Below, piece by piece: positions 62,736 through 63,863 of a DNA stretch of 63,863 bases. Made by a program: the position numbers and the translations under genes. The notes under the pieces are model-generated. The model was not told where the DNA came from. It made no database searches and saw only the letters and a program-made list of their open reading frames with translations. Within the stretch, counting starts at the first letter, position 1. Every line of letters begins with the position of its first letter. Source of the DNA: Klebsormidium nitens (lineage: Eukaryota; Plantae; Klebsormidiophyceae); assembly GCA_000708835.1 (NCBI GenBank), contig DF236954.1:360052-423914 (forward strand), read 5' to 3'.

Positions 62736-63330
62736 GTAAGCTGAAGCTCTCTGGACGCTTTGCTTCGATCTTTCGCACTTGTCTCGCACTTTCACAAGGT
62801 GAAGAGAGATGGTGAGCCAGATGAGGCTTCGAGAGGTCGCGCTATTTTGGATAAGGACTCCGTTGTAGACGTAAGAAATGGTTTTTCTGCAAAGTGATGG
62901 CCATCGACGTCAAGATGAGCTGTTCACATTCGTAAACTCCATCTTATGCATGACTAGGTACCGGATTGATCTGACAAGGGCTGGAAATACTCATCAACCA
63001 CCGTTTGTTTTGTCAAGGATAAAACCTGTGGAAACGATCAACCAGAAAGAATACCTGGATACCTAAAAGTGGACCTTCTAGAATGCACCTGCGCCCATCT
63101 CGACACGAGTTTCGGCCATCAGCAACTGAGTTGATATCTAAGAAGTCCCTTCTAGTGCCAAACACACGACAGCGAATCTTCTCTTCAGCCCACGGAGACC
63201 AATCACTGTTCCTGCACTGTTCCTTTCTGAGACTCGCGGAGCGGTCGCGAAAAACCACAGAACGTGCGAAGACCTCCCACCAAGTCAGACATATTGGAGG
63301 GCGAAGTTGTGCTTTTCAACTATAAAGTTT

Positions 63331-63443
63331 CGCCTCCCTCTAATAGAGCGTGTGCAAGAAACTCCCATCCATTTAAGCTGAAATGCAGTGGGGAAGTTGC
63401 TTCTCCCACTTATTGACGTTCTCCGCCTCCCTCTAACAGAGCG
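63331..63443. repeat. Degenerate tandem duplication (period about 93) with core cgcctccctctaa(t/c)agagcg
   Basis: Core seen at 63331-63350 and 63424-63443. Confidence 0.65.
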
Positions 63444-63863
63444 ACGCCCCTCTGGTCATCCCCGGTCTGGCACCGACCAAGGGCGCCGTCGAGAAGCTGA
63501 AAGCCAAACGGCGGCGGCGGGGGCCGCGGCCCGAGAACTACGACCGATGTGAGACGCGCTTCTCAGTGAATTCGCCTCTCTCCTCCCTGCCTTCCTGAAT
63601 GATCCAGTTCGACTGAAGAGAACGGTTGTGCAACCCCTTGATTGTGCGTCTACTTTTGGCTGCATGAGTGACTTCTCCTGAATGCGCTTGCTGGCTCACG
63701 GACGGTGTAGTTGTAATAACGCTCGTACGAGGAGACCACTATGCATCTGTGCTCTTACGCTGAAGACCGCGGGAGCATCGGACTCGTCTGGGCAAGAAAA
63801 AGCGACGTCTCGCAGGTTTCAAGGCGCACAATACCACTCAAAGTGCTCCGAACTCTCGTTCGA

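Noticed and set aside
1-63863. tRNA, rRNA, snRNA genes or CRISPR arrays
   Set aside because: No convincing T-loop or cloverleaf, U-snRNA or 5S signature, or repeat-spacer array was seen by eye; a covariance-model scan would be needed to exclude them.

Overview
Intron-rich eukaryotic genomic DNA (about 50% GC, GT-AG introns). The gene set (plant-type CRUMPLED LEAF, ORM, ARPC2, an EEP/EF-hand protein, a LEA-like protein and a ciliary CFAP210-like gene) points to a flagellate-producing streptophyte alga such as Klebsormidium; this is inference only. About 12 genes were reconstructed by hand from splice signals, along with two MITE-like inverted-repeat elements and several tandem repeats. The most striking feature is the CRL/CpcT-like bilin-lyase gene (3792-9306, minus strand). 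It carries two clear pairs of duplicated, intact, phase-matched exons separated by only 44 and 37 nt, plus two weaker candidate pairs. This architecture suggests a multi-cassette mutually exclusive exon system producing distinct lyase isoforms from one locus. Decayed exon or splice-junction duplicates also occur in ARPC2, the EEP/EF-hand gene, a secreted bacterial-type solute-binding protein gene and a zinc-finger gene. Family assignments rely on recalled motifs; no database searches were run.
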